A stretch of DNA of 55,701 bases, from IMG/VR virus record IMGVR_UViG_3300023269_000002, positions 1-55,701 of that record; one strand, 5' to 3'. The notes under the pieces are model-generated. The model saw only the letters and a program-made list of their open reading frames with translations. It was not told where the DNA came from and ran no database searches. Every line of letters starts with the position of its first letter. The first letter of the stretch is position 1. The stretch comes from a virus (taxonomy: Duplodnaviria; Caudoviricetes). The position numbers and the translations under genes were made by a program. Shown here piece by piece: positions 34,943-42,702 of the stretch.

Positions 34943-37803
34943 GGCCGCTTACCTCCGAGGAATCGTGCCTGCAGGGTCTGAATCTGCTCGTGCTGGTCGC
35001 GCATGATCTGCGCCGTGGTGCCGGTCCGACCTGCCGCGTCGTCGCTCTCGGCGAGCTTGATCAGGTCCGCCATCTCGCGGGTGGGGACCGCCAGGCGCTC
35101 GCGCACCTGCTCGGCGTAGGCCGGTACCGCGTAGGCCGGGACGAAGTCGCACATGCAGCCGCGGTGATCGCCGGGCCGGAAGTGCGTGCCCACCCACGCG
35201 AATTTTCCGCTGTAGACGGTGGCCGTCTCGAGCTTCGGGTCCGACCAGTCGGCGAACTTCGCGCCCTCGAGGTCCCAGTGCGGGTCGAACTTCCGCGGGT
35301 CCAGGGTGATGCCGTACACCCACAGGTAGCCCAGCTCGACCGCGCCGTGCTGTTCCATCTCGCGCCGGACGGTGTCCCCGTTGGCGAGCCCGCCGACGGG
35401 TTCCCCGGTGACCGACCGGCCGTAGTCGTCGAGCCCGCCGGAGGTCTCCGGGAGGCCACCGACGATGGCGAGCGCGGTGCGCAGCAGGTACGGCGGGACC
35501 GCGCCGGGGGGGATTTCGCCGGGCAGCTCCTCGTCGTCCTCGCCGTCGAAGAGCAGCTTCGACGCCCGGTCGCGCAGGCCGTCGTGCAGCCGCGACCAGC
35601 CGTCGTCGACCCTGCTGCTCATGTCGTCGCGCATCCGCTTCGCCGCGGCGCGTCCGGCGCGCGACTCGGCGTCGAGGCCGAGGAGCTGCAGCACGCGCTC
35701 GACGACGTTCTCGATCGCGGCGAGCACCCACTTCGCGAACAGGGTGCCGAGTTGGGCGAACGCCTCGCGCAGCAGGTGGTCGTCGTCGGCGTTGAGCGCG
35801 AGGGCACGCTCGCGGCCGATGCGCTGGCCGAGCACGAGCACGCTCATGCCGCGCAGGCTGGCGGACAGCTCGGCGTCGGCGGTCGCCTTGCCGCGCAGGC
35901 GAGCCCCGGCGACCTCGAGCGCACGGGTCATGGCCGCGTCGCAGGCGGCGAGGAGGGTGTCGCGCAGGGTGCGGTCTACCTCCATGAGTCGGCGGGACTC
36001 GTCGAGGGCGACGCGGTACTGCTCCTCGTCCTGGTGCTGGCGTCCACTTGGAACGGTCGCGAAGGCCTGTCCGGACAAGCCGAGATAGGGCACCTGAGGT
36101 GCAGTGACCCTCATGAGAGCGCTCTCATGGGCACTCGCCGCGATGGCAGGTGGTGCCGTGCTCGGCACCGTGCCGGGCCCATCCGCCGGACCGGCCGGAG
36201 CGGGTGCCGGCGCGGCCGAGGGGAGAGCCTGGCGCGGGGCATCCTGCTCGCCCACCGCGGGAAACTCGAACGGCTGGTCCGGGTCGTTGGCTACCAGGTA
36301 GCGCAGCAGCGCGGTCGCCGTGGCCTGGTCGAAACCGGCCTTGAGGGCGACCATCTCGACGACCTCCTGCGGCGTCGGCGCGTCGCCGTCGTTGAAGCCG
36401 AGCGCGCGCCGGAACGACGCGTTGCCGATCGCGCCCTCGCGGCGTGCGTCGAGCGCGTCCTGCCGCCGGTTCGGGTTCTCGGTCAGGGTGCCGAGGTCGT
36501 ACCAGGTCCGGACCTGCCGCACCTGGTCGATGGGGAAACCGCGCTTGAGCAGAGCCGCGCGCAGCAGCGCCCCGGTCAGGCTGTCCGCCATGAGCCGGAC
36601 GCCGGGCTCGATGTGGTGGCGCGCGGTCGAGGCGTCGATCTGCCACGCGGTCCAGTGGTTCGCGTCCCCCATCCCCTTGAGGATCTCCGGGGGGATGTCC
36701 ATCCCAGCGGCCAGGCGGCCGAGACATGCGGCGAGCTTGTCGTTCAGCTCCTCCGAGTCCTCGCGCTCGAGCCGCTCGTGACGCCACGCCTGGATGTCCT
36801 CGATGCTGCCGGTCAGCACCACGGGCACCGTGCCGCCGGGGTCGCCCTCGTTCGCGATCGGCGCGTTGATCGCTTCGGTGAACTCGGCCATGAACGGCGA
36901 GTCCTCTTCGTCGCCGTCCGCGTCCTCGCGCACGTTGCGCATCATCGTCATGCCATCGGGCATCAGGATTACGCCGTTGGCCATGATCCGGGACCGCATC
37001 ACGGCGCGCATCTCGCGGCCGATGAGGCAGATGTCCTCCATGGTGCCGATCATCGCGTGCAGCGCCGAGTCGGCGAGGTGGCTCCGGCGCGGGTGCGGCA
37101 CCCACAGCCGGTACAGCTCCTCGCCGCCCTCGTCGGACAGGTCGATCCGCCGGCCGATTCCGCCGGGCACGGTCTCGTCGATCAGGTGCACGGTCCGGCC
37201 GTCGGTGCCGAACTCGACCTCGTCGACCGAGCGGATCTTCCACTGCTCCTCGCCGGTCCACTCGTCGTAGAACCCGTGCAGGTAGCACTCGCCCGCGACG
37301 TCGAAGTTCTCCGACCAGACGCCGAGGAACTGGTACCCCGCGTCGAGCGGCAGGCGGGCGAGTTCCTCCTCGGCGGCCGCGCACAGAGCTGGCGGCAGGG
37401 TGATCCGGGCGCGCTTCTCGGCGTCCTCGTCGTTGCGCAGGGACAGCGGGATGGGCTCGTCGTCGTCGCCGATGATCTGGGCGGCGAAGAACCGCACGCG
37501 GCTGATCGCGCGGGCCCGGTACTGCAGGCCGTAGCGCAGTTCGCCGATCATGTCCCGGTAGCCCCAGGCCAGTGCCTGCCACTGCTGGCTGCGCCTGCCC
37601 GCGATCAGCGAGCGCACGGCGTCCGGGTTGCTGCTGTCGATGCGGGCCCCGGACGCGCGCATCACCTTCGGAGCCGTGCGCCGTGGCTCGCCTGGGCGCG
37701 CGGCGAAGGCCGCGGCTGCAGGCTCCCTGGGCAGGGGGGCGGCCGCGGTAGCCGCCTGGCGGTAGGCCTGGGCGGCTACTCGGCCCCGTTCGGTCACGGG
37801 CAC
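34939..37803 (-). CDS. Portal protein fused to MuF-like domain
   Basis: WQ..AW...IGEL.Y...V.GE.Y...R.W.PHP...ADS...D.PPE.L.G...NHW.AW portal pattern; C-term DH.GC.C; AGGAG before GTG 37803 (alternative ATG 37839). Confidence 0.85.
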   Translation of the reverse strand: MPVTERGRVAAQAYRQAATAAAPLPREPAAAAFAARPGEPRRTAPKVMRASGARIDSSNPDAVRSLIAGRRSQQWQALAWGYRDMIGELRYGLQYRARAISRVRFFAAQIIGDDDEPIPLSLRNDEDAEKRARITLPPALCAAAEEELARLPLDAGYQFLGVWSENFDVAGECYLHGFYDEWTGEEQWKIRSVDEVEFGTDGRTVHLIDETVPGGIGRRIDLSDEGGEELYRLWVPHPRRSHLADSALHAMIGTMEDICLIGREMRAVMRSRIMANGVILMPDGMTMMRNVREDADGDEEDSPFMAEFTEAINAPIANEGDPGGTVPVVLTGSIEDIQAWRHERLEREDSEELNDKLAACLGRLAAGMDIPPEILKGMGDANHWTAWQIDASTARHHIEPGVRLMADSLTGALLRAALLKRGFPIDQVRQVRTWYDLGTLTENPNRRQDALDARREGAIGNASFRRALGFNDGDAPTPQEVVEMVALKAGFDQATATALLRYLVANDPDQPFEFPAVGEQDAPRQALPSAAPAPAPAGPADGPGTVPSTAPPAIAASAHESALMRVTAPQVPYLGLSGQAFATVPSGRQHQDEEQYRVALDESRRLMEVDRTLRDTLLAACDAAMTRALEVAGARLRGKATADAELSASLRGMSVLVLGQRIGRERALALNADDDHLLREAFAQLGTLFAKWVLAAIENVVERVLQLLGLDAESRAGRAAAKRMRDDMSSRVDDGWSRLHDGLRDRASKLLFDGEDDEELPGEIPPGAVPPYLLRTALAIVGGLPETSGGLDDYGRSVTGEPVGGLANGDTVRREMEQHGAVELGYLWVYGITLDPRKFDPHWDLEGAKFADWSDPKLETATVYSGKFAWVGTHFRPGDHRGCMCDFVPAYAVPAYAEQVRERLAVPTREMADLIKLAESDDAAGRTGTTAQIMRDQHEQIQTLQARFLGGKRP

Positions 37804-37813
37804 GTCGTCGCTC

Positions 37814-38143
37814 CTATTCGTCGTGCGCGGATGCGACACCGACCACGGCGCTCACGGCGAGCACGGTGGACAGCGGCCTCCACAGGGGAGCCAGCTCGGG
37901 CGTGCTGGCGACGGCGACCACGGCGGCCGAGATCCAGAAGCCAGCGCACCAGGCGCAGTAGGTGAGCGGCAGCAGCGGGTGCTCCTCGCCGTCGGGGGCT
38001 CGCTCCTCGAGCGCGGCGACGGCGGCCTCGCGGGCGTGGATCACTCCGGGGAGGCTGTCGCGCAACCACAGGCGGGTGAGCCGAAAGGCCGCGGCCGCGG
38101 TCACGGCGACGGTGAGCGCGTCGCGGGTCCACCTGAGGTTCAC
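37814..38143 (-). CDS. DUF1360-like membrane protein
   Basis: A.FRLTRL..D...L..C.WC.GFW. Confidence 0.75.
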   Translation of the reverse strand: MNLRWTRDALTVAVTAAAAFRLTRLWLRDSLPGVIHAREAAVAALEERAPDGEEHPLLPLTYCAWCAGFWISAAVVAVASTPELAPLWRPLSTVLAVSAVVGVASAHDE

Positions 38144-38592
38144 GCCTGCGCCTCCTGTTCCACCTGGTCCGGCCACGCCTGGATGACGCTCGCCCACGGG
38201 GGGGTCCACGACTTCATCCGGTGCGCCGAGCAGGGTGCGCAGATGGCCTGCGGCAGGATGCTCGGCGTGCCGTACTCGGTCTCGATCGTGAACCCGCTTG
38301 CCGCAATCGTGCCGGACGGCGGGCGGGGCGTCTTGTCGTAAGCGACCGGCGCGTACCAGGTGGGCTCGTTCATCGAGTCGCGCGGGTTGTCCGGCGCGCG
38401 GCCGAACACGTAGAGCCCGGTGTCCGCGGCGAAGACCTTCGCCTTCCGCACGACTTCGCCGCCGGGAAGCGTGACGATGGCGGGGAACCACGATGCGTAG
38501 ATGTGGTTCGGCATCGGGGCGGGCGGGCGGGGTGGGTCCACCGTGAGAGCGGTTCCACGGCGGGGGGTCGGGCGGGGCACGCGTTGCGGCAT
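38140..38592 (-). CDS. Hypothetical protein, first gene of the virion operon
   Basis: GAGGAG RBS before ATG 38592. Confidence 0.65.
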   Translation of the reverse strand: MPQRVPRPTPRRGTALTVDPPRPPAPMPNHIYASWFPAIVTLPGGEVVRKAKVFAADTGLYVFGRAPDNPRDSMNEPTWYAPVAYDKTPRPPSGTIAASGFTIETEYGTPSILPQAICAPCSAHRMKSWTPPWASVIQAWPDQVEQEAQA

Positions 38593-38635
38593 CCGGAACT
38601 CCTCGAGTCGGGGGTCCGGTGATCGTAACGGCAAA

Positions 38636-38664
38636 CACCCCCGACCCTGTGGGGGTCGGGGGTG
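38636..38664 (-). terminator. Hairpin
   Basis: CACCCCCGACCC...GGGTCGGGGGTG. Confidence 0.6.
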
Positions 38665-38670
38665 CGAGGT

Positions 38671-38701
38671 GGGATGCATTCATAGCCGATGAATACATCC
38701 C
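38671..38701. repeat. AT-rich palindrome A
   Basis: GGGATGCATTCAT-AGCCG-ATGAATACATCCC. Confidence 0.85.
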
Positions 38702-38712
38702 CTTCGGGCGGG

Positions 38713-39174
38713 TCAGTCGCAGAAGTGAAGCTGCTCCCAGGCCAGCCACATCGGCCGGTCGCGCCCCTCGAACGCGACCATCGCGCCGGGGCCCGCCTTC
38801 TTCACGATGGTGCCGAGGGGGAGTTCGGCGGCAAGGTCGCCGTCGTGCTCGCCCGTGGCGACCACCTGGACGATGTCGCCGGGGCGCGGATCGTTCGCCC
38901 GGACCCGGAGGTCGAGCGCGAAGTCCTCGGCCGTCTGGCACTGCGCCTCGAGGCAGCAGTCCTGCTTCTGCCCGTGCTCGCACACGGCGACGAAGTAGGC
39001 GCAGAAGTCGCCGAGGAAGACCATCGCCTCGCGGCCGCTGGCGACGTCGACCAGGTAGACACTCCGGTCGGCAGGGTGGCCTCCGGCCTCCTCGATGGTG
39101 TCGACCGCGGCGAAGCGGTAGACCGTCTTGCTGTCGTAGGGGCGGACGTGGAGGGCGGGCGTCGTGTTCGTCAT
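38713..39174 (-). CDS. Hypothetical protein (leaderless, MTNTTPA...)
   Basis: ATG 6 nt after the -10; Cys-rich middle, SH3-like C-terminus. Confidence 0.7.
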   Translation of the reverse strand: MTNTTPALHVRPYDSKTVYRFAAVDTIEEAGGHPADRSVYLVDVASGREAMVFLGDFCAYFVAVCEHGQKQDCCLEAQCQTAEDFALDLRVRANDPRPGDIVQVVATGEHDGDLAAELPLGTIVKKAGPGAMVAFEGRDRPMWLAWEQLHFCD

Positions 39175-39180
39175 GTGGCA

Positions 39181-39209
39181 ACCATACCCCCCACCGTGGG
39201 GGGTGTCAA
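39181..39209 (-). promoter_or_regulatory. Operator-spacer promoter, leaderless
   Basis: TTGACA-CCCCCCACGGTGGGGGG(17)-TATGGT-6 nt-ATG. Confidence 0.88.
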
Positions 39210-39220
39210 ATCGGGAGGGG

Positions 39221-39245
39221 AGTACATTCATAGCCAATGAATACA
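39221..39245. repeat. AT-rich palindrome B
   Basis: AGTACATTCAT-AGCCA-ATGAATACA. Confidence 0.8.
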
Positions 39246-39261
39246 ACGCCCGCCAAGCAAA

Positions 39262-39290
39262 TGCCCCGCCGGAGGGTCTCCGGCGGGGCA
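39262..39290 (-). terminator. Hairpin
   Basis: TGCCCCGCCGGAG...CTCCGGCGGGGCA followed by TTTG on the minus strand. Confidence 0.7.
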
Positions 39291-39304
39291 GGCGGGCAGA
39301 TGGC

Positions 39305-39541
39305 CTAGCGGATCATCTCGCGAGGCAGGCGAACGATGTGGTCCACCCCGTCCGCGTCGCGCAGGGTAGCGGTCGTCATCCGGGCCCCCGCGGGGGCGGG
39401 GTCGACGGCGATGATGGTCCCGGTCACGACGGCCGTGCCGCGACGGGTGCCGACCAGCTCGAGGCCTGCGGTGATGCCGATGACCTTGCTCGTGTCCGGG
39501 AAGGGGAGGGGGGCGGGGGCTGCGTTCTCGTTGTTGGCCAT
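39305..39541 (-). CDS. Hypothetical protein (leaderless, MANNE...)
   Basis: ATG 6 nt after the -10; followed by a hairpin. Confidence 0.7.
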   Translation of the reverse strand: MANNENAAPAPLPFPDTSKVIGITAGLELVGTRRGTAVVTGTIIAVDPAPAGARMTTATLRDADGVDHIVRLPREMIR

Positions 39542-39547
39542 GAGAGA

Positions 39548-39577
39548 ACCATACCCCCCACGGTGGGGGGGTGTCAA
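39548..39577 (-). promoter_or_regulatory. Operator-spacer promoter, leaderless
   Basis: TTGACA-CCCCCCCACCGTGGGGGG(18)-TATGGT-6 nt-ATG. Confidence 0.88.
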
Positions 39578-39614
39578 ACCAGAGTGTTCCACGTCACAAG
39601 GTTGGGATCTGGTG

Positions 39615-39643
39615 TTGACACCCCCCACGGTGGGGGGTATGGT
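39615..39643 (+). promoter_or_regulatory. Operator-spacer promoter, leaderless
   Basis: TTGACA-CCCCCCACGGTGGGGGG(17)-TATGGT-6 nt-ATG. Confidence 0.88.
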
Positions 39644-39649
39644 TTGGGT

Positions 39650-39862
39650 ATGACGAAGAACGAGATCCTCGCAGCCGCCACTTCCGCCCAGCGCACCCAG
39701 GTCGCCCGCACCGAGAAGGACATCATCGGGACCGGGTCGAAGATCCGCCTCAGCATCCCGCAGGAGGGCTTCGTGCGCATCACCGAGACGCCCGCCGAGG
39801 GCGACCGGATGGCCTTCGACATCTACCCGGACGGCGCGGTCAGCGACCCGTTCTACGTCTAG
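39650..39862 (+). CDS. Hypothetical protein (leaderless, MTKNE...)
   Basis: ATG at the predicted TSS; hairpin after the stop. Confidence 0.7.
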   Translation: MTKNEILAAATSAQRTQVARTEKDIIGTGSKIRLSIPQEGFVRITETPAEGDRMAFDIYPDGAVSDPFYV

Positions 39863-39875
39863 CCAGCAGCCCACC

Positions 39876-39907
39876 AGGGCCCGCCCCCAGCTCAAGGGGC
39901 GGGCCCT
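39876..39907 (+). terminator. Hairpin
   Basis: AGGGCCCGCCCC...GGGGCGGGCCCT. Confidence 0.65.
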
Positions 39908-39920
39908 TCCGTCTGACCTG

Positions 39921-39950
39921 GATTTGATTCATGTCAAATGAATACATCCC
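39921..39950. repeat. AT-rich palindrome C
   Basis: GATTTGATTCAT-GTCAA-ATGAATACATCCC. Confidence 0.8.
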
Positions 39951-39959
39951 CCTCCCGAT

Positions 39960-39989
39960 TTGACACCCCCCACCATGGGGGGGTACGCT
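39960..39989 (+). promoter_or_regulatory. Operator-spacer promoter, leaderless
   Basis: TTGACA-CCCCCCACCATGGGGGGG(18)-TACGCT-6 nt-ATGACGAAC. Confidence 0.85.
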
Positions 39990-39995
39990 ATGGGT

Positions 39996-40316
39996 ATGAC
40001 GAACACGACGCCCGCCACCGAGACCGACGCCCCGCTCGCACCGTGCGGCCGCCCGAACCGCTGCATGATGAGCAAGCGCTGCGAGCCCTGCACCATGCTC
40101 ACCCTGTCGACCATGCGCCTCGAGCTGGTCGAGCTGTGGCACGAGCACGGCGTGATCTCGACCGACGCCCGCGACGCTTACCGCCACGTGTGGGCCATCT
40201 CGGCCACCCGGAGCAAGGCCTACGACCACTGGATGGGCCTGCCGGACGGCGAGGACGCCCAGCGCATGGCGAAGATTCTGGTCGAGATCCTGCCCAGTGG
40301 CCGCGGCTACGCCTAG
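39996..40316 (+). CDS. Hypothetical protein (leaderless, MTNTTPA...; four Cys)
   Basis: ATG at the predicted TSS; hairpin after the stop. Confidence 0.7.
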   Translation: MTNTTPATETDAPLAPCGRPNRCMMSKRCEPCTMLTLSTMRLELVELWHEHGVISTDARDAYRHVWAISATRSKAYDHWMGLPDGEDAQRMAKILVEILPSGRGYA

Positions 40317-40322
40317 AACTGA

Positions 40323-40365
40323 ACGCCAGCCCCCCCGACCGCGGCATGGTCGGGGGGGCTGGCGT
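40323..40365 (+). terminator. Hairpin
   Basis: ACGCCAGCCCCCCCGACC...GGTCGGGGGGGCTGGCGT. Confidence 0.7.
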
Positions 40366-40376
40366 GTCCGCCTGGC

Positions 40377-40403
40377 GATGCATTCATCGGCTATGAATGC
40401 ATC
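40377..40403. repeat. AT-rich palindrome D (inverted copy of A)
   Basis: GATGCATTCAT-CGGCT-ATGAATGCATC. Confidence 0.85.
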
Positions 40404-41050
40404 TACCGTTCGAACTTGATCGGGTTCTCCCGCTCGCCTTCGTCATCCTGCGCCGTCGCCCGGAGCACGCACTTCCACCGGGTGCGCAGGTGCAGGCCAT
40501 CCCAGTCGCGCGCCTGCTCGTCCTCGTCCACGAGCTGCAGGCGCTGGCCGTTGATGAGCGTCCACCACCAGCGCCCGTCGGGCAGGCGCGAGGCCTGGTC
40601 GCCCTCCTCGTCCTCGACGCGCAGCACCTCGTCCGACGGGCGCACCTTCGACCCGTGCCAGCGCACGGCCAGCCGCGAGGGCTGGTCGAGCTTCTCGGCG
40701 AGGGCCGCGGCCTGCTCAACGGCAGGCGTTTCAGCAACGCGGTTATAATTCGCGTTCGGCACCCACCCCCGGTCAGCGCGCAGCACGGCCTCGCTCACGG
40801 GCGGCACGACCTCCGGCGCGACCGGCTCCGGGTTCAGCCGCGCGCGCAGCTCGCCGAGACGGCGCTCGCGGATGGACGCCACCCACTCGAGCGAGCCGTT
40901 CGCCTTCCGGCCGATCTCGCGCAGCAGGGGGCCGCTGGCGTGCGCCCTCACGGCCAGCTCGGCGAACGCGTCGAACAGCTCGAGGGCACGGTTCTCGACG
41001 TCCTCGCAGCGCGCGGTCAGCTCGACCACGCGCTCGGCCTCGCCGGTCAC
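40403..41050 (-). CDS. Hypothetical protein
   Basis: GTGA overlap with the upstream gene. Confidence 0.6.
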   Translation of the reverse strand: MTGEAERVVELTARCEDVENRALELFDAFAELAVRAHASGPLLREIGRKANGSLEWVASIRERRLGELRARLNPEPVAPEVVPPVSEAVLRADRGWVPNANYNRVAETPAVEQAAALAEKLDQPSRLAVRWHGSKVRPSDEVLRVEDEEGDQASRLPDGRWWWTLINGQRLQLVDEDEQARDWDGLHLRTRWKCVLRATAQDDEGERENPIKFER

Positions 41051-41478
41051 GGGCGGCCGCCGTTCCACGCGGCCATCACGAGACGAGCGGCAGCGCGCCG
41101 GTTGGGCGGCGAACACGGCAGCACCTCGGAGGCCATGCCGTCCGCGCGCCCGACGACCCGCACCTCTGCTTCCCAGGTACCGTCGGCGAGCTGACGCACC
41201 AGGCCTGCCCAGTCGTCCGGCCTGCCGCCCTTCGGCCGCACGCTGAACGAGCCGGACGGGTCCGCCGTGGGGTGCAGCTCCGGACGGTTGAGCGCGTCCT
41301 CGAGCGCGTCGCCGGGGGCGTCGACCAACTCGACCATGAGGCGCTCCTCGTCGCGCTGGACCGCGTCCCGCGACGGGTACAGGTACAGCTCGTAGGCGCG
41401 GGTGAGGCGCTGGACGTCTTCGTCCGTGGCGTCCTCCGGCAGGGCGAGCACGAGGTGTCGCCGGCGGTTGTTCTCCAT
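41047..41478 (-). CDS. Hypothetical protein
   Basis: AAGGA RBS. Confidence 0.65.
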   Translation of the reverse strand: MENNRRRHLVLALPEDATDEDVQRLTRAYELYLYPSRDAVQRDEERLMVELVDAPGDALEDALNRPELHPTADPSGSFSVRPKGGRPDDWAGLVRQLADGTWEAEVRVVGRADGMASEVLPCSPPNRRAAARLVMAAWNGGRP

Positions 41479-41497
41479 CGGGGTCCTTCCAACGAGG

Positions 41498-41532
41498 GCG
41501 GGCCCTGCTCCGGGGAAGGGAGCAGGGCCCGC
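41498..41532 (-). terminator. Hairpin
   Basis: GCGGGCCCTGCTCC...GGAGCAGGGCCCGC. Confidence 0.65.
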
Positions 41533-41542
41533 GGGTGGATGA

Positions 41543-41773
41543 TCAGGCGGCGAGGATCACGTACACGTCGGTGCCCAGACGCTCGAACTCGAAGGCGCGG
41601 CCGCCCTGGGTGAGGGTGGTGCGCAGTCGGTTCCGCAGGCGGTAGAAGGCGAGGACGATCTCGTCCGCGTAGATGCCCATGTCCAGCAGCATCCGGAACC
41701 CCTGGTCTTCGGTGACCGCGTTCGCGGGGATGCTGGCGGGGGCGATGGTCTGGGTGCTGCTCGTGTTCGTCAT
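41543..41773 (-). CDS. Hypothetical protein (leaderless, MTNTSS...)
   Basis: Single gene with its own promoter and hairpin. Confidence 0.7.
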   Translation of the reverse strand: MTNTSSTQTIAPASIPANAVTEDQGFRMLLDMGIYADEIVLAFYRLRNRLRTTLTQGGRAFEFERLGTDVYVILAA

Positions 41774-41779
41774 GGCAGT

Positions 41780-41809
41780 AGCGTAACCCCCCACCGTGGG
41801 GGGTGTCAA
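41780..41809 (-). promoter_or_regulatory. Operator-spacer promoter, leaderless
   Basis: TTGACA-CCCCCCACGGTGGGGGGT(18)-TACGCT-6 nt-ATG. Confidence 0.85.
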
Positions 41810-41817
41810 CACCTGGA

Positions 41818-41916
41818 CTAGCCCCTCCTCCTGGCCCGCCTGGCGGACGCCTGGCGCATCGCCTCCCGGAGCTGGTGCAGGCCGAGGTACGCGCGGAACA
41901 GGTAGAAGGCGCTCAC
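41818..41916 (-). CDS. Very small hypothetical protein
   Basis: GTGA overlap; fills the gap before the promoter. Confidence 0.35.
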   Translation of the reverse strand: MSAFYLFRAYLGLHQLREAMRQASARRARRRG

Positions 41917-42347
41917 CGCTCCGCGTCCTCTGCCGCATCCGCGATGCCGAGCGCGTCGACCACGCCCGCGAGGCGCGTCATCGTGGCCGAGAACAGCGGG
42001 CCCCAGGCCTTCGCCAGTCGGGGCAGCACCGTCGCGGCAACCGCGTCGATGGCCTGCACGAGGGCGCGCTCGCTGCCGTCCAGCAGGATGCCGGTCGCCG
42101 CGGTGCGCCCCTTGCGCGGCTGAACGTAGTAGATCCACAGCACGTAGCCGCCGAGCGTCAGGTCCGCCGGGTCGAGGTCGGGCGTGTCCGTGGTGGCGGT
42201 CTCGTAGCCCCAGCCGTACGGCTCGTTGAGGCTGTCCGCCGGACGCAGGTCGCGCCGGAACGCCTCGACCGAGGTGTGCAGGGTGTGGAAGTCCGCGGGG
42301 AACGACGCCTCGTGCAGCGCGTCGGACAGCGGGAGTTCGATCTTCAT
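41913..42347 (-). CDS. Hypothetical protein
   Basis: ATGA overlap, GGAAGG RBS. Confidence 0.65.
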   Translation of the reverse strand: MKIELPLSDALHEASFPADFHTLHTSVEAFRRDLRPADSLNEPYGWGYETATTDTPDLDPADLTLGGYVLWIYYVQPRKGRTAATGILLDGSERALVQAIDAVAATVLPRLAKAWGPLFSATMTRLAGVVDALGIADAAEDAER

Positions 42348-42691
42348 CGGGGCCCTTCCTGATCTTGAACGGCGATCACTGCTTGACGGGGGTCCGTCGC
42401 TCGGCGAGCGGCGAGCACCACCCACGGGACTCCGGTCTCGACGTCGACCAGGCCGAGCGGCACCGTGTTCTGCATCTGCCACGCGCGGTCGGCGCACGCG
42501 GCCATGACGTCGGGGCCGAGGTGCCCCGCGGCCTTCATCGAGCCGAGCGCCAGCCCGTCGGTCAACGTCGACCAGGCCGCGGCCGCGCGGGGCACGCTGT
42601 CCTTGAGCGTGCCGAGCTGGCGGGCGGCCTGCTCGAACATGGCGCTCATCCGCACGCCGAACGCGTGGATGTCGTCCGCCGAGATGCTCAC
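42344..42691 (-). CDS. Hypothetical protein
   Basis: GAGG before GTG; coupled to the next gene. Confidence 0.6.
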   Translation of the reverse strand: MSISADDIHAFGVRMSAMFEQAARQLGTLKDSVPRAAAAWSTLTDGLALGSMKAAGHLGPDVMAACADRAWQMQNTVPLGLVDVETGVPWVVLAARRATDPRQAVIAVQDQEGPR

Positions 42692-42702
42692 CTGCAGCGG
42701 CC

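Noticed and set aside
34933-37965. 1010-aa plus-strand ORF, and similar long ORFs at 32717-34981, 28220-30382 and 20192-21937
   Set aside because: Antisense shadows of portal, protease, capsid and tape measure genes caused by high GC3; no motifs or RBS.
39181-39989. Palindromic repeats as a CRISPR array
   Set aside because: Spacing is irregular and gene-sized, orientation varies, the repeats coincide with promoters, and there are no cas genes.
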